From Prorocentrum cordatum (lineage: Eukaryota): a stretch of 55,937 bases of DNA. The notes under the pieces are model-generated. The model was given only the letters and a program-made list of their open reading frames with translations, did not search any database and was not told where the DNA came from. Position 1 is the stretch's first letter. The number at the start of each line of letters is the position of its first letter. The stretch is from positions 62,001 through 117,937 of the forward strand of contig CAUYUJ010000124.1 of the NCBI GenBank assembly GCA_963575745.1, given 5' to 3'. The position numbers were made by a program, and so were the translations under genes. Of the stretch, positions 43,654-55,400 are shown piece after piece.

Positions 43654-46356
43654 TTACCCCTGCATGTCCACGGCCAACCCCCGGGCCCCCCCCGACACCC
43701 GCTGCGACGCGCGCGTCGCATCCGCCCGAGCGCGGCCGCGCTGGAAAGCAGCCAAGTCCTCGACCCTTTCTGAACCGAAACCTGTCACCACTCGGTCGGC
43801 GCCGCCTCCGCGCGAAGATTCCGCCCGCTCCACGCGCTTCGGGCGCAGCAGCACCCCCGCGCGAACAAACGCGCCCTCGCCCGCCCCCGCACCCTCACCC
43901 GCGACCGCGCCAGGCGCAGATTGCGCCGCCAGCCGGGCAGACCTGCGCGGAGCCACTGCCTCTGGCACAGTCTCCGGCTTTCTCCCCCCTGGCGCGGACG
44001 CCCTGGCCGCCCCCGGCAATCCTCTCCCCGCGCAGACTCCCGGCTCCTCAACAGCCACCTCTGCGTCGCCCGACGCAGCCGCGTGCCCCCCCGCTTTGCC
44101 GCGGCCTTTGCCGCCCGCACGCAGCTTCGCAAGGCCGCCCCCACCTCGCGCAACTCTCCCAGCGGCACCATCGTTCCCTCCGCCAACGTCCCCAGACTCT
44201 ACCGCGCCATTGGCGCCGCCACCCAGCCTCGTCTCGGCGCGACCACCGACTCCGACGCCAGCGGAGGCGCAGCCCGCGCCAGACGGCGACGCCGCCCTCT
44301 TCCTCCGCGCGCGCCTCGCTGCGGAATGCGGCGCAGCCCCGACGGGCGAGCCCGCGGCCCACCCCCCTCCACCCCCTCCTCCACCTCCTCGCACACCTCC
44401 CCCTCCTCGTCCCGCACCTCCCCCTCCTCCTCCCCCTCCCCCTCCTCCGCCGCGCACAGAGCCCAACCCCGCAGCGACCCCGCCGCGCGCGCCCGGGCCG
44501 CCCGCCGCGCCCACGGCACGCGCGGCGCCGAGCACCCCGCCCTTCGCCGTCGCCGCGCCACTCCCGGCGACCCCGCCGGCATCGACGCCGCGCATCTCCC
44601 CGGACGGCGAAGCCGGAGTCTTCCGCCGCACGCGCCTGGCCGTGGCCGGCGAGCTGAGGACCCCATCGCCCCCTTCGCGCTCCGGCGTAAGCGGGGCACC
44701 CGCCCGGACCGGCACCGGCGCCCGCACGCTCGACCCCGCCTCGCTCTCCGCCGCGACCTCTGCAGGCAGCCGCCCCGCAGCGCGGCAACGCGCGCCGAGA
44801 CCCGAGGCGCTCGCGCCGCCGGCGCCACCGCCACCGACGCCAGTCACCTCACTCCCGCCAGCTCCCACACCCCCGATGCCTGCCCCGCCCCCCCCTCCAC
44901 CGCTCTGCTCATCTGGCGCCCCGCCAACCCCTGGTGCCCCCGCGTCGGCGCTCTGCCCCTGACTGCGCCCCATGCGACAGTACACCGCCATGTACGCCTC
45001 CATCGGCTTCACGTGCGCCGGCTCGCCTCGCATCCTGCGCGGCGGCTTGTCGTCGTCAAACAAAACGTACCCCCCGTCAGGGACGCGGCACAACGTCGTA
45101 TAGTGACCGTTATGCACTGTTTGCCCATTGTGGTACACAACGCCAACCAGCTGCATCTGGGGAAGCCCATGCAGCCTCAGTTGCTCTTCGACCCACACGG
45201 GCTGCCGCGCCTCATGGCCCCTCCACAATTGAACCACCAAAACGCGCGGCACGCCCGTGAGTCGCGTCTGCTGGTCGTGCCAAACCCGGTCGGCATCCGC
45301 GCGGCAACACGCTGGGCAGCTCTTCTCAACTTGTTCAGGCGCGCTAAAGTCGGAGTACATTTCCGACAACATCATCGGCCCGCCGGGCCGCGCGTGGACC
45401 CGCAGCTTCAGAACATCCTCCGCCTCGTACGAGACGGACAAGTGCCCGCACTGACGGCATTTCTGCCGCTTCTCCATCACAAACCCGAACATCCGATCCA
45501 CGTGCGTCACGCGCATGTTCGACGCACGAATGCTCTCGGGGTCCCACGACGCAAAGCGTCCGGCCAACTCCTCTCCGCGGCGCGCAGCCGACATCAGCTT
45601 ACCCCAATACGCAAACACATCATGCTGCTGCCACTCGTTGTCGAACTCACTGGGCTGCCCGAGGAAAACGTCCTCGCTATCAACATTCGTTCGCCGCCGC
45701 ACGCTCACGGGTCCGCCCTGCCAGCGTCGCGACACCAACTGATTGTGCGTGTCCCACAGCCCGCAGACGCAGCAACGCCCACTGGCCCTCTCCTCGCAAT
45801 CGCCCTCCGCGTGCCATCGAAGCCACTCCCAGACGGCAGGCGTCCGCAGCATCAGCTGCGTCACGCTGACCTCGTAGCAAGAATGCCCAGGCCGCGGCAT
45901 CCCACGGACGGGCACGCTACTCACGCTGTCCCACGAAGCCGCGCGAATACCATCCACGCGAGGCACGTCCATCTCTCCAGGGCTCGGCGGAGGCTGAGCC
46001 GGGCGCTCCGACGCGAACAAACTCTGCGGCCCGAACGCCGCGTACACCAGCTCTTCCCGACGGCGCTGTCTTCGGGCTGCCTCGCGTTGCTGCGTTCGCA
46101 AGTACGCCTCCCGGTTTCGGTCCTGCGCCTGCTGCCTCGCCAAGGCCGCAGCCTCCCGCCCCTGCTGAAACCGATTCTGGACCTCGGCACCCTCCAGCCG
46201 GTGCGACCGATCGCGCGTCGCCTGGAGCGCGAGCCGGCAGCGTTGCGCCAGGGCCCTCATCTTATGCTCGCGAGAACCGAAGCACGCGTGGGCACGCACA
46301 TACCCGAACAGCCCAAAGTGGTCTGACACATGGAATTCGCAGCCCTCGAAGAACAC
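43654..46356 (-). CDS. C-terminal segment: USP/peptidase C19-like deubiquitinase domain (about 44975-45905) plus Gly/Ala-rich tail
   Basis: Cys box GMPRPGHSCYEVSVTQLM, QQHDV, CRQC...CPAC zinc ribbon, PRVLVVQLWR and His box LVGVVYHNG...GHYTT....YVLFDD. It is in frame with the endonuclease SDH motif. Confidence 0.85.
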   Translation of the reverse strand: MFFEGCEFHVSDHFGLFGYVRAHACFGSREHKMRALAQRCRLALQATRDRSHRLEGAEVQNRFQQGREAAALARQQAQDRNREAYLRTQQREAARRQRRREELVYAAFGPQSLFASERPAQPPPSPGEMDVPRVDGIRAASWDSVSSVPVRGMPRPGHSCYEVSVTQLMLRTPAVWEWLRWHAEGDCEERASGRCCVCGLWDTHNQLVSRRWQGGPVSVRRRTNVDSEDVFLGQPSEFDNEWQQHDVFAYWGKLMSAARRGEELAGRFASWDPESIRASNMRVTHVDRMFGFVMEKRQKCRQCGHLSVSYEAEDVLKLRVHARPGGPMMLSEMYSDFSAPEQVEKSCPACCRADADRVWHDQQTRLTGVPRVLVVQLWRGHEARQPVWVEEQLRLHGLPQMQLVGVVYHNGQTVHNGHYTTLCRVPDGGYVLFDDDKPPRRMRGEPAHVKPMEAYMAVYCRMGRSQGQSADAGAPGVGGAPDEQSGGGGGGAGIGGVGAGGSEVTGVGGGGAGGASASGLGARCRAAGRLPAEVAAESEAGSSVRAPVPVRAGAPLTPEREGGDGVLSSPATARRVRRKTPASPSGEMRGVDAGGVAGSGAATAKGGVLGAARAVGAAGGPGARGGVAAGLGSVRGGGGGGGGGGGGAGRGGGGVRGGGGGGGGGWAAGSPVGAAPHSAARRARRKRAASPSGAGCASAGVGVGGRAETRLGGGANGAVESGDVGGGNDGAAGRVARGGGGLAKLRAGGKGRGKAGGHAAASGDAEVAVEEPGVCAGRGLPGAARASAPGGRKPETVPEAVAPRRSARLAAQSAPGAVAGEGAGAGEGAFVRAGVLLRPKRVERAESSRGGGADRVVTGFGSERVEDLAAFQRGRARADATRASQRVSGGARGLAVDMQG

Positions 46357-47040
46357 TTTCCCCTACCCTACCAAATGCACCTCCGCCCAAAGCTCCGCCC
46401 CGAACATGACCCGGTCCCGTCTCTGTCCGACAGCCCCCCTCTCGCCGAGACCCGAGTAAAACTTGTTCCCGGGGCAGCCCCAAGAACGACCCTCGGACCA
46501 GGTGTCCTTCAAACGCAGCTGCTCCACAGCGGCCTGCACCTGGGAGTCCGTGCTGTTCATGTCGCCCACAATGAGCAGCCGGTCGCAACCTTCCGCGCAA
46601 GTCCTCGTAATCTTCCGAAGTATCGCGTGACGCCGCTCCCATGCCGCACCCGCGGGCAAGTGGCCCGCGGCCACGTTCACCCACCCCGCGCCGCCCGCGC
46701 CCCCGCCTACGGGAACTTCGACCCGGCACAGCACGCACGGGTCCTCCCCTGACAAAGCCTTGCCTTCCGCGCGCAGACCGCGCCTCACGTACAGGTGCAC
46801 GTACCCCCTGGACTCGTGCGCATGGCCACGCCAACCAATTGGAATTCCGCCTCCAGCTCCTTGTACGCCTCCTCGCCCTCGCATTCCTGCAGAGCAACGA
46901 CATCAACCCCGCGCGCCTGCCTCCAACGGAGCACTTCGCCAGGACCGCCGCGCGCTGGTCGCGGTCGCTCCAGGAGGGCGGCGCCACGGCCGAGCGATGC
47001 CCACCAGCGATATTCCACGTGGCAAACGACAACGTCGCCG
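46300..47040 (-). CDS. AP-like (EEP/DNase I fold) endonuclease domain, split by frameshifts
   Basis: SFATWNIAG, VDVVALQEC, NVAAGHLP, IVGDMN, LKDTW, RRDRVMF and SDHFGL occur in order across ORFs 46262-48091, 46785-47018, 46363-46884 and 43654-46356. Confidence 0.92.
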
Positions 47041-47059
47041 CGCCCTCCAGGCCCTCCTC

Positions 47060-48091
47060 TTCGCCAGCCTCACCCGCCGCTTCCCCTGGCACAGCCGCCC
47101 TCGGCAAGCTCGCGCCCGTCGCGCTGGGCGCCGAAGCACCCGCGCGAGGCACGACGCCGAACGCGCCCAGAACTTCGCGGCATTCCTGCTCCGAAAGCAA
47201 CAACTCCATGACATCCCGCGCCCCCCGCGCGCCGACACCCGCCCGGAACGACGCGAACGCGCCCCGCAGCACGCGACACACGTCAGGCACGAAGGACTCC
47301 GCCGACGCATCCAGCACGCCCGCATTCGCAAGGCGCCCGACACGGCCCAGCAGAAGCCCGAGCGCGCAGGCGATCCTCTGCGAAGGAACACGAACGCGCG
47401 GCGCGTCCCCGAACTCCACCGCCAGCGGGCGCCGCCCAGCACTGGCACCGAGCGGTCGCAGCAGTGCGTCGATATTCCGGGCGATTCGCCCTGCCACGTC
47501 CTCCCTGCGGGCCCGATCGCGCACGCGCACTGCGAGAGACTCGGCTCGCCCGAGCGCCTCCCCCGGCCGACCAGACGTAACACTCACAAACATCCAATCC
47601 TGCGCGACACCAGATCCGCACAGTGGGTCCACGGCGACGACCATTAGCAACTCCTGCTTGTCACTCACGGAGTTCGCATCCCACACGCTCGTCCAATTGT
47701 GCGCAATCCGGGCAAAATGCTCCGGGGTCTCCTCCGCACCAACGTGCCGGCCTACCTTTGCCGAAGCCACAGTCGTCGGCAGCCCCATCCCCGCGCACAA
47801 CTGCCTCGCCACCTTCAAGAAGAACTCCAGCGCCTGGCCCTCCAGCCTGCCCTCTGCCAGCGCGCTCTCCGCTCGCACGTTCACGACCCACTTGTCCATG
47901 CGCAGCGCGCAGCCACCACGGACGTCCCCGAAAGCGTCCTTCATCCTCTTCGCCGCCTTATCCAAACTCTTATGCAGGCGCGGGGGCACCAGCGCGCCCA
48001 TGGCCTCCTTCACGGCGCTCATATGCAGCGGGCCCATGCTCGGAGCCACGGAATCGAACACTCGCTCATCCACGCCCCAGACGCCTCCCAC
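47060..48091 (-). CDS. Inter-domain region with possible degenerate Ulp1/SENP (C48)-like fold
   Basis: LEGQALEFFL ... QELLMVVAV......QDWMFVSV ... PSQRIACAL follows the order and spacing of C48 motifs, but the catalytic His position is D. Confidence 0.3.
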
Positions 48092-50668
48092 CGCTCCACA
48101 ATCAAGTCGACCACGCCGCGCAGGAACCCCTCCCTGTCACCCGAACCCGAAGACTCATGCGTCAGGCGCCCGGCAGCAGCCGTCAGACGTTCGCGCAAAT
48201 CCTCCCGGGACGCACAAGCAGCGAGGGCACCGACATCACCAAGCAGATCCCGCGCGGCGCCCTTCTCCTCCCGCGTCGCGAAGCGCACCCGCCTCCGGTC
48301 CAGAAGCCTTTCGGCCACGGCACGGAGGCGCCGCGCCGCGACGTCGTCCTCTCCAGCCTCGGCAGCAACGGCGCTGTCGAGCTCGGACGCGAACGGCGGC
48401 CCCTCCTCTCCCCACAGCCAAGTGTCCTCATCCACCACTCTGCCCGCCCCTCTCAACCTCTCCGCTTGAGCCGCGGCAACGGTCTTCAAACGACCCAGCA
48501 ATGTCTCCGCCGCGCGTTTCTCCTCCTCAGTCCAGCAGTCCGCCTCGCAGTACCCGTATTTCCGCAACGTGCTGGAAGCGCGAGCCTCCAGTCGCAACTC
48601 GAAGCGTCGCCGCTCCCGGAACGCCGTCGTATGCCTGGCCCTCATGAAGTCCGCATACTCCGGCAGGTCCTCCTCGAACACCAAGTCCCAGGGATGCTTC
48701 ACGCGCGTCGTGGCGACGAAACCGATCCCTGCAACGGCCGCGGTCTTCGCTGACAGGTGAACGCGGACTTTCGCCAACGTCATCCCCTGCGCCTTCCAGT
48801 GCGTCAACGCCCATGCCAGCTGCAACGGGTAGTTCTCGCGCCACACGCCCTCCTCCATGGTAGAAGACACTCTCTGCCTCCAAATGGGCACCCAGTTCCG
48901 CCGCTCCTCGTCTCCCGGGAAAAACGACCGCGGCCGACCCTGCCCGTCTGTCCCTAGATCGATATCATCGAACACGACGAACACGCAAAGGGGCGCCTGC
49001 AAATCCGGCCGAGCGCCATTGTGCGGGTCGGCGCCCTCGGGCCACATGTAGCCGCGCAGCGTACCCATCGCCCCGTTCAAGAGCCCCGCCTCAACCCAGA
49101 GGTTCTGAGTCAACAGCACGCGGGCCCCTTCGCAGACGTACAGCTCGTTCTCGAGTCCGCGGAAGTCCTCGGACGCCATCTGGTCTGGCCTAGACTTCTG
49201 CTTTTTCTCCTTTTTGTCGTGGTAGGCACGCAACGCCGCGATGGGCTTACCACTCGCAGCGGCTACCTGGTACAACCTCTCCTTGTTCACTCTATCGGCG
49301 CCACATGCACCCGAGGCCCGATCCTTCCTGCCGTCCATCAGCAGCGGGGCCGTCTCGAAGGCCGCCAGCTCCTCCCTCCCCTCCTTGGTCATTTGCAGCA
49401 CCGACCTGTTCCGGCGCTTCAACCACGCTTGATCCCGCTGCTCCCAAGTGCACTGCGCCATGCCTTTCGTGACCTCCAAAAAGCGATCAGCATCCTGCCT
49501 GTACTCCGCCTGCCGCTCCTTCGACAGCCCCTCTTTCTCACCGCGCCACCGGTGCACGCGCCGGAGCACGGCCACGTCCTGGAACGTATCGCGCACGAAA
49601 CTCCCATTATTCACTAACCTGTCCGTGCTCAGGCGTCGTCGGGGGTCCGCTCCGCCCCCCTGGGCTTGTTCTTCGCAGACCCCCCATACGCGCCCATCCG
49701 GTACAGGGGGTCATCGCCGATTGGCGGCGCCTGCTGAGGATCCCCGGCGAGCACGGCATCCTTCCCGCCGAGATACACTGGCCTCGCACCCTGCGCCGCA
49801 CGCTTCGCCGCAACACCAAGAGTATCCTGCACCTTGAACTCGATCTTGCCCAGCATCTGCCGCCCGATCATGCTCATCTCATCCAACACAAACAACCTCG
49901 CCTGACTCAGTCGAGTCTGCGTCTTTTGAAACCGGTCCCCGTCCTTGCGTACCCAAGGGCCGCAATATCCCACCGGCACACCGAACGCCCTGTGCAGGGT
50001 AGTCGCGCCATATTTCAACTGGAACGAGGCGCACCCGGTGGGAGCGGCGAGCAAGCAGCAATTCCGCTCCTCCTCATCAATCTCTTCAGGCCCTCGCCGG
50101 ATTTCGCGCACGCCGCGGCGATCTTGATCAGCCTCGTCCTCGGGGCAAACTGCCGCACCCGCTTTCGCCTCGCGGCTACGAAACTGCGCACGGTGCGCGA
50201 TTTCCCCGTGCCGGCCACGCCCGTGACCAACAATCTCAACGGGTCGGCCTCCGAATGGCGGTCGTCCATGACGATGTCGTGGGCGAACTTCTGCCAGGGG
50301 TCGAGATCGGCGCGCTCGACGACCTCGGCCCCGTCGCCTACCTTGGCCTTTCCGTACCACTCATCCCGGAGCTTCTCCAGACGCCCTCTCTCGCTCGTCG
50401 ACACATTGCACGCCTCGTTCAACCAATTGAAGTCCGTGGGGTTCACCCGGACCCTGCCGCGCACCTCATCGCCCGCAACATCCCCGACGCGCACGTCCGC
50501 CGCCTGCACAGCAGGGCCTGCCGCGCTGACGCGCTCATCGGCTGGGCGGCTCTCCCACTCGGACGCCTCCCCCGCGGCCGCAGCAGACTCAGCGCCCTCC
50601 CCCGGCCGCGCCTCGCGTAAGACAGCATCCCGAGCCTCCTCATTCGGGTCCTCGTCCCCGCGCAGCAC
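48019..50668 (-). CDS. PIF1-family (SF1B) helicase of RepHel, split over three frames
   Basis: Walker A GVAGTGKS (about 50199-50222), Ia AAPTGCAS...TTLH, II LDEMSMIG, III AGDPQQAPP, IV RRVHR, GARVLLTQNLWVEAGLLNG, V YPLQLAWALTHWKAQGMTL and VI FVATTRV. Confidence 0.95.
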
Positions 50669-50671
50669 GAG

Positions 50672-51614
50672 TCAGTCCACCAAGTCCTCCACTTCCTCCC
50701 CCGACTCCGCCTTCTCGCTGTCTCTGTCATCGTCGCCGCGCCCAGAGCCATCATAGGACGCCTGCCCCCCGGCGCCGCCCGCCGCCTCCTCTGCCCCCGC
50801 GCCCCGCCCCTGCTGTCGCGCCTCATGCCGCCTCACCATTTCGCGTCGCGTCCGGCGCAGCAGCTCCCGGTTGCTAGCGACCCCGTCTTCCAGGATGGCG
50901 CCGAGCACTTCCTTGTAGAACGGGTTCGCGCGCTCGCACTGCTCCACGACCCACGCCGGAACCCACTGGCGGAGCATGGGGTCAGTGAGCATCTCCATCA
51001 TCATATGCCCCCAATACTGATCGCTCTGCCCCCCCCCAGGCCCTTCCCCCCGACTTGAGCCAGAGATCTTGCACGCCCAGGAACCGCTCGCTTCCAGCAT
51101 CCTGGCCAGCACCGCCCGCCAAAGGCTGAACGAACTCCGTTGCCCCAATGCAAGCCGCCGGCACCGGCCGGACGTCCCTCAGCATCTCCTGTTCGATCAT
51201 GGCCTTGCGGTCCGCGGTCGCCATGTGCCGCCAGTGCGCGATGACGTTCGCCCGCGCGTACGCCTCGTGGCAGGCGTGCTGCACGTTCGCGCACTCCGCG
51301 CTATAGCCAGGGGTCACCAGCAGACACACCGCAGGGTTCCCGCGCCTCAGCTTCCCGCGGTACACAGCGTACTTCCAATAGAATTCGAACAACGACACAT
51401 CGCGCACCTCTTCCACCGAGATGGACTCGTCCCCCCTGGCACGCTGCCGACGCACAAACTCCAGGCGCTTGTCGAACTTGTCCACTATGCTATCCCAGTG
51501 CACAGGCTCGTCATCTGCCTTGTCCCGCAGCGCAGACGCAGGCTTCAGCGCGCGGGCCCCCGTCGTGTTGAGGGTCACGACGGGCAGCATGGACAAAACC
51601 ATGGGCAGGCGCAA
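50672..51614 (-). CDS. RepHel Rep-helicase linker (two frameshifted ORFs, 50982-51614 and 50672-51148)
   Basis: Lies between Rep and helicase, with globular-looking sequence (SLFEFYWKY; HEAYARANVIAHWRH; WVPAWV) and an acidic tail. Confidence 0.65.
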
Positions 51615-52444
51615 CCCAGCAGCGCCACCTCGTAACAGTGGTAGTCCCGCTCCCCGAGCATCCGAGCAAAGAACTTCTGAATGGAGCGCCGAAGGAAATC
51701 AGTCCCTTCGCCCTCTGGGACGTAAGCGCAGACCTCGTTGACGGCGTCGTCGAGCACCTCCTTGATCTTCCGCGAGCCCTTGGGCGCCTTCGTCGCGTAC
51801 TTCGTGACGTACTCCACGACCGCCCACAAGTTCAGAACGGGACGCCAGTCAATGTTCCCCATGTTGGCCAACAGCATGTGCTCCTCGTAACTATTGCAGA
51901 GCCTGTCGTTCCGCGGAAACACCGCCTGCCAGTGGCCCTCCCGGCGGCCCTTCTCCATGCGGAACGGCCGGGGCCCGACGCGGCCCCACCTGTCGCGCGG
52001 GAAATCATATCGGCAGAACACGCACCCCTCCTTACCGCGAGCACACGCGTGAACCCCGAGCCGCGGCGGCCCCATGCCATGCTTCGTGTGCCGCGCCACC
52101 CTGTTCACCAGCGCAGCCACCAGTCGCCGAACGGGTTGCACGTCCAACTTCCCCGACGCCTCGGACGCAAAGGCCTCGTCCAGAACCTTCCACAAGTTCA
52201 AGCACTCCGGCGCAGAAGCGGGCACGCTACGCACCGCCCGGCCCTCCGACGTCTCGCGCACAGCCTCGCCCTCCATCTCCACGTCCAGGTCGAAGGCGCC
52301 AACCTCGTCGTCCCACGTGTACCTGCACGCGCCCGCGTCGTCGTAGCACGGGTTCCACTCCGAGACCACGTGCCCGAAGAACTCATAGAACCGCTTCTCC
52401 AAAACGCTCTGCAGCGCGACGTCCTCATGCTCCGGCTTCAGCAC
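51575..52444 (-). CDS. RepHel segment 2: Rep catalytic tyrosine motif III (frameshifted from segment 1)
   Basis: HTKH..HAC..CRYDFPR, PRND..NSY....LANMGNIDWRP, VEYVTKYATK (YxxKY), then GERDY..YE. These are typical Helitron Rep C-terminal motifs. Confidence 0.9.
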   Translation of the reverse strand: MLKPEHEDVALQSVLEKRFYEFFGHVVSEWNPCYDDAGACRYTWDDEVGAFDLDVEMEGEAVRETSEGRAVRSVPASAPECLNLWKVLDEAFASEASGKLDVQPVRRLVAALVNRVARHTKHGMGPPRLGVHACARGKEGCVFCRYDFPRDRWGRVGPRPFRMEKGRREGHWQAVFPRNDRLCNSYEEHMLLANMGNIDWRPVLNLWAVVEYVTKYATKAPKGSRKIKEVLDDAVNEVCAYVPEGEGTDFLRRSIQKFFARMLGERDYHCYEVALLGCACPWFCPCCPS

Positions 52445-52467
52445 GCCGAAGTCGAGACCAGCACCCC

Positions 52468-55400
52468 CTAGTCGCTGCCCGCGGGCCCCGTGGGGACCCC
52501 AGCAGGTCTCGACCCCCGAGCAGCACCGCGGCCCTCAACGCCATCACCATCCTGAACGTCCTCCACGGGATCACCCCCCGCCTCGTCCTCCGGCGCTGGA
52601 TCCTCTGGCCCGACGCGCTCGAAAGCAACGTCGGCCTCCGCCCCCTGGCCGCGGACGCCCACCTCCCCTTGCACGAGCACCAGCCACCCTCGATCCACCA
52701 GGGCGTCGAGGAGCGCAGAAGCCCTGCCCACGAACTCATCCTCGTCGTCGCCTGCGCCATCTTCACGACATGATCCCGAAGCCGCAGAGCCCTCACCCGC
52801 AGGAGCCCGCGGCGCACGCTGGCCAGGCCGGCCGGCAACGGCGCGCAGGACCTGCTCCAGGGCAGCGTGGGCAGCACCACGACGCCTCCGCTCCTGCAGG
52901 GGCCAGGCCAGCGGTCCTGCCTCAAGCGAGGGCAGGCACGCCGCCACGTCACTCGCCACGCTCGGCGGAAGCATTTCCCCCTCCCCGTCCACGTCCGCGC
53001 GAACCCGCGCAACCGCCGGCCCAGGCAGCCCCACGCTGAACCCGTGGTAATGCAGATTGCCACCCGCGCCACACTCGGCCCTGGCCATGGCCATGTACTT
53101 GAACTGCTCCGAGTGGGGCAGTACGGCGGGCATCTCCATCCGCATGTTCAGCTCCACCCGCAAGGCCATCATGTAGGCCACCAGGTCCGGGTTGTCCCGC
53201 GCGAAACGGAAGCGCTCCTCTCGCCCGTCACCAACCCAATCCCCCAGAGCACGGTCTCCCGCCGCCCCCGCCCCTGGACCTCCCCCCATGCGCTGAATGT
53301 CATACGCGGCGTTGTAAAACGGATTCTGCGTCCACCAAATGGACGGGTGACGGCCGAGCCCGACGACATCCGGCACAAGCGCACGCCCGCGCTGAGTCCG
53401 CCCCTTCCCCGCCGGCAGGTCCAGCTCGCGGCGGAACCGCCTGCCGACCGGCTCGGCGCCGTCCGCCTGAGTGCCCTCGACCCAGGGCGGGTGCCAGGAC
53501 AGGTGCTTCACGGTGCTCTGCAACTTCTTCGACTCATACGACCAGTGCATGGTGGTCGAGGGCACATCGCGGCCCACGTTCGCGAGCTGGCCCACCAGGA
53601 TCCGCACGCGGTCCTCGCTCTCCAGGATTTGCCTGAGCCCGCCCTTCGTCATCACACTTGGGCCCTGGACGCCGAGGCCCGCGCGCCTGTACATGGTCCG
53701 AAACACCCCAAAACCCTTGCCCCGCGCCTCGTTCAGGAGCAGCACGTTCACCATGGCCCACATCACGCGCTGGCCACGCGGGCCGCCGACGAACTGCCCG
53801 GTGCGGTAGCGCATCAGGTGCTGCACCCAGTCCTGCACGGACACCCGCCGGGGACGGTCGTCGAAGAGGTCGCCAATGCCCATGGGAAACTCCAACGGGA
53901 ACGCCCTCGCGAAACGCCCGATGGCGCGCGCCGGGACCGGGTCCTCGCTCTGTCCGGGCCAGCCGTAAATCAAGCGCTCCCCCGTCCGCGCGACTGCCTC
54001 GTCCTCGTCAAACTCCGGCAAGTTCTCCTCGACGCACCCCGTGTCCCTATCGCGCGCAGCTGCCACGAACGTTCCCGCCATGGCCCGCTCGAGCATCACC
54101 TCGTCCAAAACCGACTCGCGAGAGACGCCGCCCTCCGCACCGGCAAACCGGCCCTGCACACGGGGTCGCATCCAATCGACGAGGTACTCGACGCGCACGC
54201 AGTCCACGGCCACGCGGTCCCTCTGCACGGACTTCACGGCGTTATCCTCCCGCGCCGCAGCCAGCAGGCGGCCGAACAGGTCCTCCGTCGTCTCGTCGTC
54301 ACCAAACTTCAACCCCTTCAACTGGCCCTCCGCCTCCGGCTGCAACCCCGTCCACCATCGCTGCACTGCCCCACCATACTCAAACTGCGCCTTGTCGAGC
54401 CACGCACTGAACACGTCGTGATCAACGGCCATGGCTTCATCTTCCACGCCGACGTCGAACTCCCCGTCAGCCGCCGCATCGGCATCACCCTCAGCCGCGG
54501 CCTCCGCGCCGCCCTCGTCGCCTCCCCGCGCATCGTCGCCCTCGCGGCCAGCAGGCTCGCGCCCGGCGTCGTCGCGGGGCCCGACGAAGTGCACGTCAAA
54601 GCCCGCGGCAATGAACTGGCGCGGCGTGACGACGTCGACGCCACAGGGGACGCAATCCCGAGCAATGGCCTCCGCTTCCGTCACGGGCCCAAGCTCCTCC
54701 GGCTCCCCAGCCTCGCCCCCCGACGGCAGGACGCCGTCTTCGCTCTCTCTCGGCGCGTAGGACGCGAGGATCTCGTCGTCCGGGAGCACGTCAAACAGGC
54801 GCGGGTCGTAGTACTTGTGCATGGGCTCGTCCGCAGTACCCCCCAGGCGCCAGGGCCCATACGTGCCCGCAAACGCACACAACGCCCGGAGCACGTGCCC
54901 GCAGTAGCGCCAGCGCACGAGCAGGCCCTCCACGACCTCCTTCCCGAACCCTACATTCCGCCGCAACATCAAGCTGAAGGGCACTTTCCGAGGGTGCCAG
55001 GGCAGCACCACCCGCGGCTCCACGTGCTCCTGCAGCTCCCTCCCCCTGCCTCCATGATCGTACTCGTTGATCACGTCCCCGCTGAGCAGCACCTCCACGA
55101 CGCGCCCTGGAAAGACCAGGCGCCCGTGCAGGTCCACGCCGAAGCGCTGCCGCTCCTCGTCCGTGCAGCCCGCGGCCATGCGCTCGGGGCGGCGCGGGTC
55201 GTCGGGGCACTCGCCGGGCCCACGCGCCGAGTTCACGCGGTCCCCGACACGGAACCCCTTCATGAGGTCGTGGCGCCGCGAGAACCCTGCCACGTCCTGC
55301 GGGAACGAGATGAAGTTCTTGCGGAACTTGCGCAGCCCCGTGCGGGACACCGTGGCCAGGTGCACCTGCATGTGGTCCAGGGCGATGAGCAGGCTCTCCG

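Noticed and set aside
43433..48753. Long plus-strand ORFs (509, 801, 668 aa and others)
   Set aside because: Antisense shadows of the GC-rich transposase frame with no recognisable motifs.
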